DNA of 64,000 nucleotides, from positions 265,994 to 329,993 of the forward strand of contig JBFXEV010000001.1 of the NCBI GenBank assembly GCA_050179755.1. The letters run 5' to 3'. The translations under genes were made by a program, and so were the position numbers. Shown in pieces: positions 37,619-47,611 of this stretch (the first letter of the stretch is position 1; each line of letters starts with the position of its first letter). The stretch is from Candidatus Babeliales bacterium (GTDB lineage: Bacteria; Babelota; Babeliae; Babelales; JBFXEV01). Below the pieces are notes generated by a model. The model was not told the DNA's origin. It worked only from the letters and a program-made list of their open reading frames with translations, and made no database searches.

Positions 37619-38143
37619 ATGAAAAAGAATCTGACACTCATTATGATCATGACTTTTGGCTTAATTAACGCAGCGGATATAAATACTGAAGGCACTCAAT
37701 CTAAACCTGTAGAAGTTAATGTCACGGTGAAAGGCGACCCTGCAAAATGGCAGGCTGCTACCAATGACAAGCTCTCTCTATTTGAAGCTGCGCAAATAGG
37801 CGATGTGATCCAGGTTATGAACCTGCTGAATAAAGGTGTAAAAGCTAATGTTATTGATTTTAATTCAGGTAAAAGCCCTTTAATGCTTGCAGCTGAAGGC
37901 GGTTTTTCGGATATAGTGCAACTATTAATTACAAAAGGTGCCGATGTTAATAAAAGAACATTTAGTTCTGGTGCAACTGCTTTAATGCTTGCTGCACATA
38001 ACGGCCATACCGAAGTAGTTAAAATCCTACTCAAAAACAAAGCGGATAAAAACGCACGAACATTCAATGGCAGTCTGACAGCAGCTCAAATAGCAAAAAA
38101 TGCTAACCACTCTGATATTGTTAATTTATTAAACGCTAAGTAA
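37619..38143 (+). CDS. Short secreted ankyrin-repeat protein
   Basis: Signal INA|AD, GKSPLMLAA, GATALMLAAHNGH. Confidence 0.9.
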   Translation: MKKNLTLIMIMTFGLINAADINTEGTQSKPVEVNVTVKGDPAKWQAATNDKLSLFEAAQIGDVIQVMNLLNKGVKANVIDFNSGKSPLMLAAEGGFSDIVQLLITKGADVNKRTFSSGATALMLAAHNGHTEVVKILLKNKADKNARTFNGSLTAAQIAKNANHSDIVNLLNAK

Positions 38144-38257
38144 AAAATGATGCAATCAAATAAATTACTAGAAACCTCTTTTAATGCAATCAGCCGCTTA
38201 CACTGGGTAAACGGCTGATAATTATACGGAGCTAAGAAAGACGCTTGATTACTACTC

Positions 38258-39511
38258 TCAACCCTTTTCCATCGCATCACGCATATACGTAGGCACGTCA
38301 AGATCATTAAGATCAATAATTTCGGGCGCTGCAGATTTAACCGGTTCAACAGCCTTTGGCTGCGCTGCTACCTCTTGATTTACTGGTTCTGCTTCTAAAT
38401 GCATTTGCGGCGAAACTGATTCTTCAAGTTCATCACGCAAAGAAGCCACTACATGCATTTCTTCTACGTGCTTTACGTGCTCTTCTCGTGCCTGCTGCTT
38501 AACAGATTGCTGATAAACAAGCTGATTATATACTGATGATTGTTTGGCTACTTTATCAAAGCCAGTTGCAATCACGGTAACTATCACTTCATCACCAAGC
38601 GAATGGTCAATAACAGAGCCTAATATTATGGTTGCATTTTCATCTGCTTGTTCATAAATAATAGAGGCCGCCTTGCTCATTTCATGCAAGCTTAAACTTG
38701 CACCACCTGAAATATTAAGGAGCACACCACGAGCACCCTCAATAGACATATTTTCAAGAAGCGGTGACGTTATTGCATGAAGCGCAGCTTCTTCTGCTCG
38801 ATCTGGCCCTGATGCTCTACCAGTACCCATTACAGCAAGGCCCATCTCTTTCATGATGGTGCGCACGTCTGCAAAATCAACATTGATGTGACCAGGTTTT
38901 GTAATAATGTCGGCAATACCTTTAACCGACTGACTAAGCACATTATTCATTAATGAAAATGCATCAGTCATAGACATATTTTGGTCAACTTCTTCAAGCA
39001 GCTTTTGATTGGGTAAAATAAGTAACGTATCAACTGCTTGCTTGAGTGTTTCAATGGCTTGTTCTGCAACTGCTGCACGGCGTTTGCCTTCAAATAAAAA
39101 TGGTTTGGTTACCACGGCAATTGTCAAAATGCCCTGCTCGCGCAGAGCGCGCGAAATAACTGGCAATGCGCCAGATCCCGTTCCGCCCCCCATGCCTCCT
39201 GCTAAAAAAACGATATCGGCATCTTGTGTCAGTTCCATTACTTTATCAAGATCTTCCTCGGCAGCTTTTTTGCCCAGTTCAGGATTTGCTCCTGTGCCAA
39301 GACCTTTTGCCGATTTGGCACCTAATTGTATTTTATGATCAGCTTTAGATAAATCGAGTGCTTGCGCATCTGTATTGGCTGCAATAAATTCAATATCTTG
39401 AAATTTTGCTTCTACCATACTATTAATTGTATTACCACCCGCACCACCTATGCCAATCACCTTGATGCAAGCAATCGGTTTTTTGCGCTCATCAAGAGAG
39501 AATTCTAGCAT
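38258..39511 (-). CDS. ftsZ: Cell division protein FtsZ
   Basis: GIGGAGGN, GGMGGGTGSG tubulin motif, INVDFADV, C-terminal LDVPTYMR. Confidence 0.98.
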   Translation of the reverse strand: MLEFSLDERKKPIACIKVIGIGGAGGNTINSMVEAKFQDIEFIAANTDAQALDLSKADHKIQLGAKSAKGLGTGANPELGKKAAEEDLDKVMELTQDADIVFLAGGMGGGTGSGALPVISRALREQGILTIAVVTKPFLFEGKRRAAVAEQAIETLKQAVDTLLILPNQKLLEEVDQNMSMTDAFSLMNNVLSQSVKGIADIITKPGHINVDFADVRTIMKEMGLAVMGTGRASGPDRAEEAALHAITSPLLENMSIEGARGVLLNISGGASLSLHEMSKAASIIYEQADENATIILGSVIDHSLGDEVIVTVIATGFDKVAKQSSVYNQLVYQQSVKQQAREEHVKHVEEMHVVASLRDELEESVSPQMHLEAEPVNQEVAAQPKAVEPVKSAAPEIIDLNDLDVPTYMRDAMEKG

Positions 39512-39534
39512 AACCTACCCCTTTATTTAGAACA

Positions 39535-40770
39535 TTAAAAAAAGTCCGCTACCCAGGATTTCATACGACTCATGATGCGCCCGGAAAATCCGCTACTCAT
39601 TTGTCCGTTGTTAGTATCCATTTTTTTAAGCGCAAAACGCAAGAGTCCATACCCGGTTGCATACATAGGATGATCAATAAGCGTAGAAAGCTCGCGTGAC
39701 GTGCGCGGGCTTGCACACCGCACCGGTAAATTAAATATTTCTTGTGCAAGTTGATCTATACCACGCAACATTGAACCACCACCGGTTATCACCAAACCAG
39801 TAGGCATCATGCCTGCTACTTGGTTTTCAACCAAATTATCATGTACTAATGTTAAAAGCTCACGCACGCGAGGCTCTATAATGCGCATGATATGTGAAAG
39901 TTGCACTTGTTGCGTATTCACTCCTTCAACGCGTTGTATGGTGACGCCGCTATCTTCTACAATTTGCGATACTGCCGCATGACCATATTCTTTTTTAATT
40001 CGCTCAGCATCAGCAAGCGTTGTTTTAAGACAAACTGCCACGTCTGCCGTAATACGATTTCCTGCAACAGGCAATACATACGTGTGTTTAATAGCGCCAT
40101 TATTGTATAATGCAAAATCTGATGTGCCGCCACCAATATCAAGCATGCCAACGCCAAGTTGGCGTTCATCATCACTTAATACGGCTTCAGCTGAAGCCAA
40201 TTGCTCAAGCACTACGTCTGCCACTTTTACACCAGCAAGCTCACAACATTTAATAAGATTTTGTACTGAGGCTACCGACCCCGTGATCACATGCACTTGC
40301 GCTTCCAAACGTATACCATGCATACCACGCGGCGTTTGAATTTTATCGGTGCCATCAATAATAAAAAACTGTGGTAATACGTGCAAAATCTGCTGGCCTT
40401 CTGGAAGAGCAATTGCCTTTGCAGAATCTATCACGTTTGCTATATCAGCATCAGTAATTTCACCGCGTTTAATGGGTACAACGCCATGGGAATTATAGGC
40501 GTGAATATGAGAACCTGCAATACCCACGTAGGCAGATTCTATGCTAATACCGCTCATCAACTCAGCTTCACGTACGGCGGTTTTTATTGATTGCACTGTT
40601 TTTGCAATATCAACCACCACACCTTTTGCAAGGCCTTCTGATGGCGCTTTACCAATTCCTATGATATCAACTAATTCAGACCCCACATATTGTGCTATTA
40701 ATACGCAAATTTTAGTAGTTCCTACATCAATTGCTACAATATGACGATCAGCACCGACTAATGATCTCAT
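39535..40770 (-). CDS. ftsA: Cell division protein FtsA
   Basis: IDVGTTKI, LDIGGGTSD, VITGGGS, YATGYGL. Confidence 0.96.
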   Translation of the reverse strand: MRSLVGADRHIVAIDVGTTKICVLIAQYVGSELVDIIGIGKAPSEGLAKGVVVDIAKTVQSIKTAVREAELMSGISIESAYVGIAGSHIHAYNSHGVVPIKRGEITDADIANVIDSAKAIALPEGQQILHVLPQFFIIDGTDKIQTPRGMHGIRLEAQVHVITGSVASVQNLIKCCELAGVKVADVVLEQLASAEAVLSDDERQLGVGMLDIGGGTSDFALYNNGAIKHTYVLPVAGNRITADVAVCLKTTLADAERIKKEYGHAAVSQIVEDSGVTIQRVEGVNTQQVQLSHIMRIIEPRVRELLTLVHDNLVENQVAGMMPTGLVITGGGSMLRGIDQLAQEIFNLPVRCASPRTSRELSTLIDHPMYATGYGLLRFALKKMDTNNGQMSSGFSGRIMSRMKSWVADFF

Positions 40771-41446
40771 CGCCCCCCCTTTTTTTTACAAGAATAATTT
40801 GCTCATCAAAACGAATATCTGCATTACATTTACTACTTGCAAGTTCCATGCCTTTATCAATTTTTTTACTATTTATAACGGTTTGATTATCAGCAACAAC
40901 CGTATGTCCCGTTACTTTATCTGCAACAATACATTGAGTTGCATCACACCACGAAAAAGCATAATTTTCAAACAAATGGGGTGCCATCATTTGCGCCGAA
41001 TGCACCAGCGCCTTACGTTGTATTCGATCGGTAAACACGCGATCATGCACCTTAAACGCTACCACAGGTTTATCAACATAGTATTCAGCACATACTACCG
41101 AGGCATTGCTCACCAGCACATGATCATTATTCAAAACAGCAAGCGCTTGATGTGGTTCTATACGCACCATCGCATGGCCAATGCGCGAATAGCGAACGGT
41201 GCACGATTTAACCCAAGAAAATTCTTCAACCAATTTTTGAGGCTCAAAGCTCACTTCAGGATGCTGCTTACACCAAGCAGTAAGTTTTTCTACCGCACAA
41301 GGCGCAAGCTGTGAATCACACACCACTTCTAGATGAGGCATGCGTTGCAAGTATCTTTTGATACTTCTGCACACAACAAAAAATCCTAGACAAGAAACAA
41401 GAAGAATGGACCCTACCATGCGCACAGACCATTTTGATGTTTTCAC
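40748..41446 (-). CDS. Divergent FtsQ/DivIB-like protein
   Basis: Position upstream of ftsA, N-terminal TM, POTRA-like WVKSCTVR, C-terminal DIRF. Confidence 0.55.
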   Translation of the reverse strand: MKTSKWSVRMVGSILLVSCLGFFVVCRSIKRYLQRMPHLEVVCDSQLAPCAVEKLTAWCKQHPEVSFEPQKLVEEFSWVKSCTVRYSRIGHAMVRIEPHQALAVLNNDHVLVSNASVVCAEYYVDKPVVAFKVHDRVFTDRIQRKALVHSAQMMAPHLFENYAFSWCDATQCIVADKVTGHTVVADNQTVINSKKIDKGMELASSKCNADIRFDEQIILVKKRGGDEIISRC

Positions 41447-41565
41447 GAGACCCGCCCTTTACTACCAAATTATCAAGCAAACATCTTTTACTTTTTTTAT
41501 ACTATTTTCTCGTTGCAATAGTCAATAATTGGAGAGAAAAGCGGGGAAGAAATATGATAACTAGG

Positions 41566-42309
41566 TTACTTAAGTAACTGAGTTTTAGTCGCTACCATGA
41601 ATAGAAGAATTCCTGCAGCAACTGAAGCATTATAAGAAACCTCAGGTGATACTTGAGGTAAAAATACAGTTTTGCCTTGCCGTGCAATCTCTGGAGCAAT
41701 GCCAGCACCTTCATTACCAATAACCACGCACAACGGCATAGCATAATCCATCATATGTGCTGGCTGAGCGTTTTTATCAACCATCGCCATATACATGGTA
41801 TAACCTGCTTCTCTTAAAAGTTGCACCGCAGCTTTAGTTGAAGGCGCTTGATAGATGGGCATATGCTCGGCAAGACCAGCAGCAGATTTTAAAGCTGTTG
41901 CGGTAAGCGGCGATGCGGCCTTTTCTACAATAATCACACCTTGCACGCCAGTACAATATGCAGAGCGTATGATAGCGCCTGTGTTACGCGGATCTTGAAT
42001 ACTATCAAGCAAAAGAAGGAATGGTTGTTTTATTGGATCAAAAAATTTTTTGCGATAGACAAATGGTGATGCAAAAGCTACTACCCCTTGATGATCAGTA
42101 GTGCCTGCAAGTTTTGCAAGGACATCACGAGTAACGTACTGAATCTGCGTACCTTTTGGCAGTAGACGAACTATTTGATCCCATGATTTCGGTTCAGGTT
42201 TGGTGGTATATACCACGGTCAGCTTACGCTGCTTTGCCTTTAAAAGTTCTACTATCGGGTGAATCCCAAAAATGAGTTCAGTCTGTTTGTCTTGTTTTTC
42301 TCTTGCCAT
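41566..42309 (-). CDS. rlmB: 23S rRNA Gm2251 methyltransferase (TrmH/SpoU family)
   Basis: IFGIHPI, LDSIQDPRNTGAIIRSA, IGNEGAG, SYNASVAAGI. Confidence 0.9.
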   Translation of the reverse strand: MAREKQDKQTELIFGIHPIVELLKAKQRKLTVVYTTKPEPKSWDQIVRLLPKGTQIQYVTRDVLAKLAGTTDHQGVVAFASPFVYRKKFFDPIKQPFLLLLDSIQDPRNTGAIIRSAYCTGVQGVIIVEKAASPLTATALKSAAGLAEHMPIYQAPSTKAAVQLLREAGYTMYMAMVDKNAQPAHMMDYAMPLCVVIGNEGAGIAPEIARQGKTVFLPQVSPEVSYNASVAAGILLFMVATKTQLLK

Positions 42310-42538
42310 CGCTAGTCTTTCACAAATGTTAATCTTATACGTAGTATAGCAGAAAAACCTGGAATTAATGCGTACTAATGCAACTTTTTATCCATTTTTA
42401 AGAAATTCTTAATATATTTTATGCCTCCCCTGCCGGCGGTCAGAACTTCACCCTACTCAGTTTATATGACTCTTGACTTAGTATTATATAGTATAGTATA
42501 TTAAATAGTAGTACTGGTCTCAAAAATCAAGGCTTTTT

Positions 42539-42856
42539 ATGAAATTATGGCAAATAAGATATTGGACTATAGGTGAGACTAGAGGTCCCGTTGCAAAATG
42601 GCTTGATAAATTACCTAAAGACCATCTTAAATCGGTTGCCAAAGAAATAAGCATACTTGAAGAAACTGGAAATAATCTTAAATTGCCGCACAGCAAAGCC
42701 CTGTCTAAAGGTCTTTTTGAATTAAGAGAACGACAATATGGATATCGAATATATTATTGTTTTAAAGGTGAAATGATAATTATATTGCTAGCCGCTGGTG
42801 ATAAAAAGAGCCAAGAAAAAGACATTAAGACAGCTCGTGAACGATTATTAACATAG
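42539..42856 (+). CDS. Type II TA toxin, RelE/ParE (HigB/Gp49-like)
   Basis: PHSKALSKGLFELR...YRIYY...LLAAGDKKSQEKDI..A. Confidence 0.88.
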   Translation: MKLWQIRYWTIGETRGPVAKWLDKLPKDHLKSVAKEISILEETGNNLKLPHSKALSKGLFELRERQYGYRIYYCFKGEMIIILLAAGDKKSQEKDIKTARERLLT

Positions 42857-42873
42857 TAATAAGGAAACAATCT

Positions 42874-43182
42874 ATGAGAACAAAAAGTTTTAATAAGTAT
42901 CTTGAAGAGCGCTTAAACAAAGAAGAGATAGCTGAAATTAAAACACAAGCACATCTTGAAGTAAAAATATTAAGAGCTTTACAAGATAATATCTCAAAGG
43001 CTTTAAATGACTATATGAAAAAAAACAATGTTGGCTTCAATGAGCTTGTTAAACTTTTAAATTCTAGTCCAGCACAGGTCGCAAAGATACAACGAGGTGA
43101 AGCAAACTTAACATTATCTAGCGTAGCACATATATTTGCATTAATGGGTCAAGAACCTGATATACTTAAACTTAAAAAATGA
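42874..43182 (+). CDS. XRE-family HTH antitoxin (HigA-like)
   Basis: Follows the toxin; HTH ELVKLLNSSPAQVAKIQRGEANLTL. Confidence 0.82.
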   Translation: MRTKSFNKYLEERLNKEEIAEIKTQAHLEVKILRALQDNISKALNDYMKKNNVGFNELVKLLNSSPAQVAKIQRGEANLTLSSVAHIFALMGQEPDILKLKK

Positions 43183-43315
43183 AGACCTAGAGTGTATTTA
43201 AATAGTTTTATATGTTTGCCTTATTTCTCTTTGCCCCATCGCAGCCTTTCTTTAAAAAATGATAGTTGTTTAATCTTAGCATAAAATACGCCACAATCAG
43301 CTTATTCAAGACACC

Positions 43316-43345
43316 TTGACAGAGAAAAATATTTTTTGATATTCT
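43316..43345 (+). promoter_or_regulatory. Sigma70-type promoter
   Basis: TTGACA-18-TATTCT with TGn extension upstream of 43399. Confidence 0.5.
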
Positions 43346-43398
43346 AAAAAATGAAAAGGAATTTATCGTAAAACCTCATAACCTTAAAGGAGCACGGT

Positions 43399-43995
43399 AT
43401 GGTTACACATACACGGTTACTCTCTGGCTTACTTGGTCTTATGACAATCACAGGCCAAGCGCGCGCAACTGTTTATTACCTTCAAGATGACGCATGGTTT
43501 AACACTATGCATAAAAACATGCAAGAAATGCATGACCGCATGAGGCAAAGCATGCAAGAAATGCAACAAATGTTTGATGAACGTTGGCAGTCCATGGCAG
43601 AACAATCGAAATCATCTGGCAAAGATGCATTAATGCTAGATGCTACTGATACGCAGGTTATCATTACGCTCAACATCACTGGCGCAGTTTCTGAGAACAT
43701 GAAAGCCGAGCGCAATCTTGATACTATCATAATCGAAATACCCCATGAGGAAGGAACTTCAATTATGAAAGTTTCAAAATACGCTTTAAGCTTACAGCAT
43801 ACTCAAGAAAACAAGAATGCTGATGGGTCTAGTGCAAATCGGCACACGTATTTAGAACGTACACTGCCCCATGAAGTTGATATGAATGATGATATTAACA
43901 TTGAACATGTGGAAGAAAGTAATACTTTGCAGATTACTCTTTCTCGTAAGCATAAAAAGAAATCACCTCAACGGTTGCCTATTACAAAAAAATGA
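43399..43995 (+). CDS. Secreted Hsp20/alpha-crystallin-like protein
   Basis: Signal ARA|TV, Met/Gln-rich helix, ERTLPHEVD...NTLQITL and terminal LPI (IxI-like). Confidence 0.6.
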   Translation: MVTHTRLLSGLLGLMTITGQARATVYYLQDDAWFNTMHKNMQEMHDRMRQSMQEMQQMFDERWQSMAEQSKSSGKDALMLDATDTQVIITLNITGAVSENMKAERNLDTIIIEIPHEEGTSIMKVSKYALSLQHTQENKNADGSSANRHTYLERTLPHEVDMNDDINIEHVEESNTLQITLSRKHKKKSPQRLPITKK

Positions 43996-44135
43996 ATTCT
44001 CAAAGTCGATAAGGACGTATTACGAGGCCTGGCCAACGCGCTTGGCCTCGTTCTCTTTATTAAGCAATAGCCTTCTAAAAATCATGCATTACCGTATACT
44101 AGTATTACCAACAAAAACTTAACCAAGGAATTTGC

Positions 44136-44840
44136 ATGTATATTGTTGAAGGTAACATAGGCGCTGGTAAATCAACGTTTCTCAAACTAATAGCCGAGCA
44201 CATTGCTCATATTAGCGTTGCTTTTGAACCACTCCATAATTGGCAATCGCAGGTCTATGGCCAATCGTTACTTTCTAACTTCTACCAAGATACCACACGC
44301 TGGGCTTTTACCATGGAAACGTTTGCCATGATCTGCCGTGTGCGTGAGCATATGCATGAGCAACAGCAAAATAACCCAAACCGTATCATGGAGCGTTCTA
44401 TTTATTCAGGGCATTACTGCTTTTCGGTCAATGGCTATAAGCAAGGATTCGTTTCTGACTTGGAATGGGGACTTTATATGCAATGGTTCAATTTCCTAAT
44501 CCCTAATAAATGCCAACCGCCACTTGGGTTTATCTATCTAAAAACTAGCCCTGAAATTGCCTATGCCCGACTTAAAAAACGCAATCGCCTTGCAGAAAAG
44601 AAAATTAGCCTAACCTATCTTAAACAGATTCATGAACATCATGAAGCATTCTTAATTCATAAGGAAGGCTTATTGCCTGATCTTAAAACCGTGCCCGTGC
44701 TAGTGCTTGATTGCAATGAAGACTTTGAAGAAAATCCTGTAAAACTTCAGGAATTATTTGAAAAAGTTCAGGATTTTATGCTGCAAACGCAGGTGATTGC
44801 TGCGAAGAATACTCATATCACCCCATTGACATTCAACTAG
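44136..44840 (+). CDS. Deoxynucleoside kinase (dNK family)
   Basis: VEGNIGAGKST, MERSIYS, FIYLKTSPE...RLKKRNR..E. Confidence 0.92.
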   Translation: MYIVEGNIGAGKSTFLKLIAEHIAHISVAFEPLHNWQSQVYGQSLLSNFYQDTTRWAFTMETFAMICRVREHMHEQQQNNPNRIMERSIYSGHYCFSVNGYKQGFVSDLEWGLYMQWFNFLIPNKCQPPLGFIYLKTSPEIAYARLKKRNRLAEKKISLTYLKQIHEHHEAFLIHKEGLLPDLKTVPVLVLDCNEDFEENPVKLQELFEKVQDFMLQTQVIAAKNTHITPLTFN

Positions 44841-44880
44841 TATTATTCTATATTATTTATTATAGTAAATAATTCAATGA

Positions 44881-45336
44881 ATGGGGTTAAAAATGTATTT
44901 TTTCGATATATATTCTTTAGCAAATCAATTAAAAGAAAATACGATGCCAGCCCAAGATGAAACGCTGTATTATGTTGGCGTTTTACTGTGCGGTGCAATT
45001 ATGGGTAAACCGTATTTGTTGACTATAAGTATTGCCATGTATTATTTATATAGAATAAATAAACAAGGGGATGACAAAGATTTCCTTAAACGCTCAATTC
45101 CTCTTATATTTACTACCTCTTTATATTACTTATTGGCTTTTTTCGTACTCCAAATCGCTCTTTTGGCACCCACATTTATAATTGCTGGATTATATGGCGA
45201 AACTAAAGCAGATTTTTTTGTTGTGACAACCTTCCTGCTTTATTTGGGCATATATATTGGCCTGTTTATCTCATATTTATCTTTTATGGGAAAGCAGATG
45301 CGCACAATTTCTCAAAAACCAGTAATTTTAGAATAA
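44881..45336 (+). CDS. Hypothetical membrane protein
   Basis: Three to four hydrophobic segments; start may be 44893. Confidence 0.65.
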   Translation: MGLKMYFFDIYSLANQLKENTMPAQDETLYYVGVLLCGAIMGKPYLLTISIAMYYLYRINKQGDDKDFLKRSIPLIFTTSLYYLLAFFVLQIALLAPTFIIAGLYGETKADFFVVTTFLLYLGIYIGLFISYLSFMGKQMRTISQKPVILE

Positions 45337-45343
45337 GTATTAA

Positions 45344-45370
45344 AACCGCCAGAAAGCTTCTCTGGCGGTT
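45344..45370. terminator. Hairpin between convergent genes
   Basis: aaccgccaga / tctggcggtt. Confidence 0.65.
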
Positions 45371-45387
45371 ACTCTTTTGATATATCA

Positions 45388-46596
45388 CTATTTAATTTTA
45401 TACACTCTGTGCTTGCCTACTTTTACAAGCATGCCTGATTTCCACGTAATTTCTGCTTTAAAATCAGTAACTGGCTCATTATCAATCTTTACTGCGCCAT
45501 CTTCTATGAGTCTTTTGGCTTCTGATGAATTTTTAACAGCACCTAATTGCTTTAAAAAATCTACAATCCATAGGTTTTTTGGCGTATCTTGCTCCAGCGC
45601 AACTTCAGTACCTTGTGAAAGATCATGATTTTGAAACACTGCTTCAAACTTTTCTTGCGCAGCATCAGCATCTGATTTTGACCAAAATTTCTCCACAATA
45701 TCATGCGCCATTTGCTTTTTTAAAGCCATGGGATGCAAGGTGCCTCCTGCAATGCGTTCTTGTAACACAGAGATTTCATGGTCGGTGGTGCCAAGCAATA
45801 ATTTAAAGTAACGCCACATGAGCGTATCCGATATGGACATTAACTTGCCATATGCTTGATCGGCAGGCTCGGTAAGCCCAATAGCGTTACCCAATGATTT
45901 AGACATTTTCTGCACGCCATCAAGGCCTTCAAGAAGTGGCACTGTTAAAATAACTTGCGGCTCTTTGCCATAATGCTCTTGCAAAAATCTACCAAACAGC
46001 AAATTAAAGGTTTGATCAGTACCACCGAGCTCCACGTCGGCATTAAGCGCTACCGAATCATAACCTTGAAATAAAGGATATAAAAGTTCATGAAAACTAA
46101 TTGGTTGGTTATTTTCAATACGTTGCGTAAAGTCCTCACGCTCGGTCAGACGAGCAAGTGTAGTTTTGGCACATAATTTTACAATATCAATTGGCGTAAG
46201 CGCGCCAAGCCATTCTGAATTATACCGAATAATTGTCTTTTGAGGATCCAGAACACGGGAAACTTGTTCACAATACGTTACTGTATTTCTTCTTATCTCC
46301 TCTTGAGTAAGCGGTATACGTGTTTTAGATTTCCCTGTTGGGTCACCAATAGCCGCCGTAAAATCACCAATCAAAAAGATCACGTCATGACCAAGATCCT
46401 GAAACTCTCTTAATTTAGAAAGCACCACTGCGTGGCCCAAATGCAAATCAGGTGCCGTAGGATCTGCTCCAAATTTTATAACAAGCTTTTTACCTGACTT
46501 TATTTTTTCAAGAAGGCCACCTTCTGGTAGTGATTGTGCTGCGCCTCTTAGTAATTTTTCACACAATGCAGAAGAAGTAGATTTTTCATGTACCAT
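45388..46596 (-). CDS. tyrS: Tyrosine--tRNA ligase
   Basis: DPTAPDLHLGH, LGGTDQTFN, KMSKS, C-terminal S4 domain. Confidence 0.97.
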   Translation of the reverse strand: MVHEKSTSSALCEKLLRGAAQSLPEGGLLEKIKSGKKLVIKFGADPTAPDLHLGHAVVLSKLREFQDLGHDVIFLIGDFTAAIGDPTGKSKTRIPLTQEEIRRNTVTYCEQVSRVLDPQKTIIRYNSEWLGALTPIDIVKLCAKTTLARLTEREDFTQRIENNQPISFHELLYPLFQGYDSVALNADVELGGTDQTFNLLFGRFLQEHYGKEPQVILTVPLLEGLDGVQKMSKSLGNAIGLTEPADQAYGKLMSISDTLMWRYFKLLLGTTDHEISVLQERIAGGTLHPMALKKQMAHDIVEKFWSKSDADAAQEKFEAVFQNHDLSQGTEVALEQDTPKNLWIVDFLKQLGAVKNSSEAKRLIEDGAVKIDNEPVTDFKAEITWKSGMLVKVGKHRVYKIK

Positions 46597-46611
46597 ATAT
46601 GTTTACCAAAG

Positions 46612-47286
46612 TTAAATAAATTTTAAAATCGATGCTATCACAAAGCCCGCGTGTTCAATAAGCGTATTGATAACACCCATCAATTGAGAAAGAAATAGTA
46701 TCATTAATAATAAGGGGCCAAAATTAAGAAAATATTGTGCATCGGGATCGTCTTGCTTTTCAGGGAAAAATAACAATACGCCAAGCTTAAAAAAATTACT
46801 AATTCCTGAAAGCGCGGCAAGCCATACGCTTAACCGAATAAGGGTAACCAAGATAAGCATGCTCACAAAAGCAAAAGCCGTGTATTGTGGATAGGCGCTA
46901 CGCAGTTGTTCAAGGCTTACTTGTGATTGTAATATGCCTGGTCCAAACACAGCAACTAATACCACCAAAGCTACAATGCCGGTAAGAATGTTCATAAATG
47001 TGTCGGCCATATAGGCACAGATTAACTTAGGCTTACTCCCAATATTGCGAGAATCTATAGGAATTCTGCGCCCCCACCCAAACTTGAGAATCAAAAAGAA
47101 AAAAAGACCCAATGGGTCAATATGCATTAAAGGGTTAAGGGTAACAAAGCCCTCTTCTTGCGCAGTATCATCACCGCATAGATAGGCTACCCACGCCTTA
47201 AAAGCACCGCTCGTGGTTACTGCAATCATATAGACTAATAAAAATAAGAGTATACTAAGTAGAAATTGTGCTACATCTAATGTCAT
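46612..47286 (-). CDS. Site-2 protease (M50, YwhC-like) homolog lacking HEXXH
   Basis: AWVAYLCGDDTAQEEGFVTLNPLMHIDPLG...FGWGR block; HExxH position reads SGAFK. Confidence 0.7.
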   Translation of the reverse strand: MTLDVAQFLLSILLFLLVYMIAVTTSGAFKAWVAYLCGDDTAQEEGFVTLNPLMHIDPLGLFFFLILKFGWGRRIPIDSRNIGSKPKLICAYMADTFMNILTGIVALVVLVAVFGPGILQSQVSLEQLRSAYPQYTAFAFVSMLILVTLIRLSVWLAALSGISNFFKLGVLLFFPEKQDDPDAQYFLNFGPLLLMILFLSQLMGVINTLIEHAGFVIASILKFI

Positions 47287-47611
47287 GAGAATCCTAGTAG
47301 TTAGGTTGTATACCTAAGACTAAAAGAATTTTGCGTGCCGGTCAATGAAATTAACGTAACCGATATAAATTATTTTCTAATGAAACATACCATGCAGAAC
47401 AAGCTCTAGATCGCATCAAACTTATAAAAGCATTACACCTAGAAATGAGGAAGGATTGACAAGCATAATTCAATTGTAGTATAACTACAGTATGAGCTGT
47501 AACAGGTTTAATAATCTAATAAAGAGAAAGGGGAAGTAGCCTTATCTTTGGAAAAATTGGGCAAAAAGTAAAAAGGTTGTGATAAAAATGTTCAATACAT
47601 AAGGATATCTA

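Noticed and set aside
42539..43182. Prophage remnant suggested by the Gp49-like toxin
   Set aside because: No integrase, structural genes or att-like repeats nearby.
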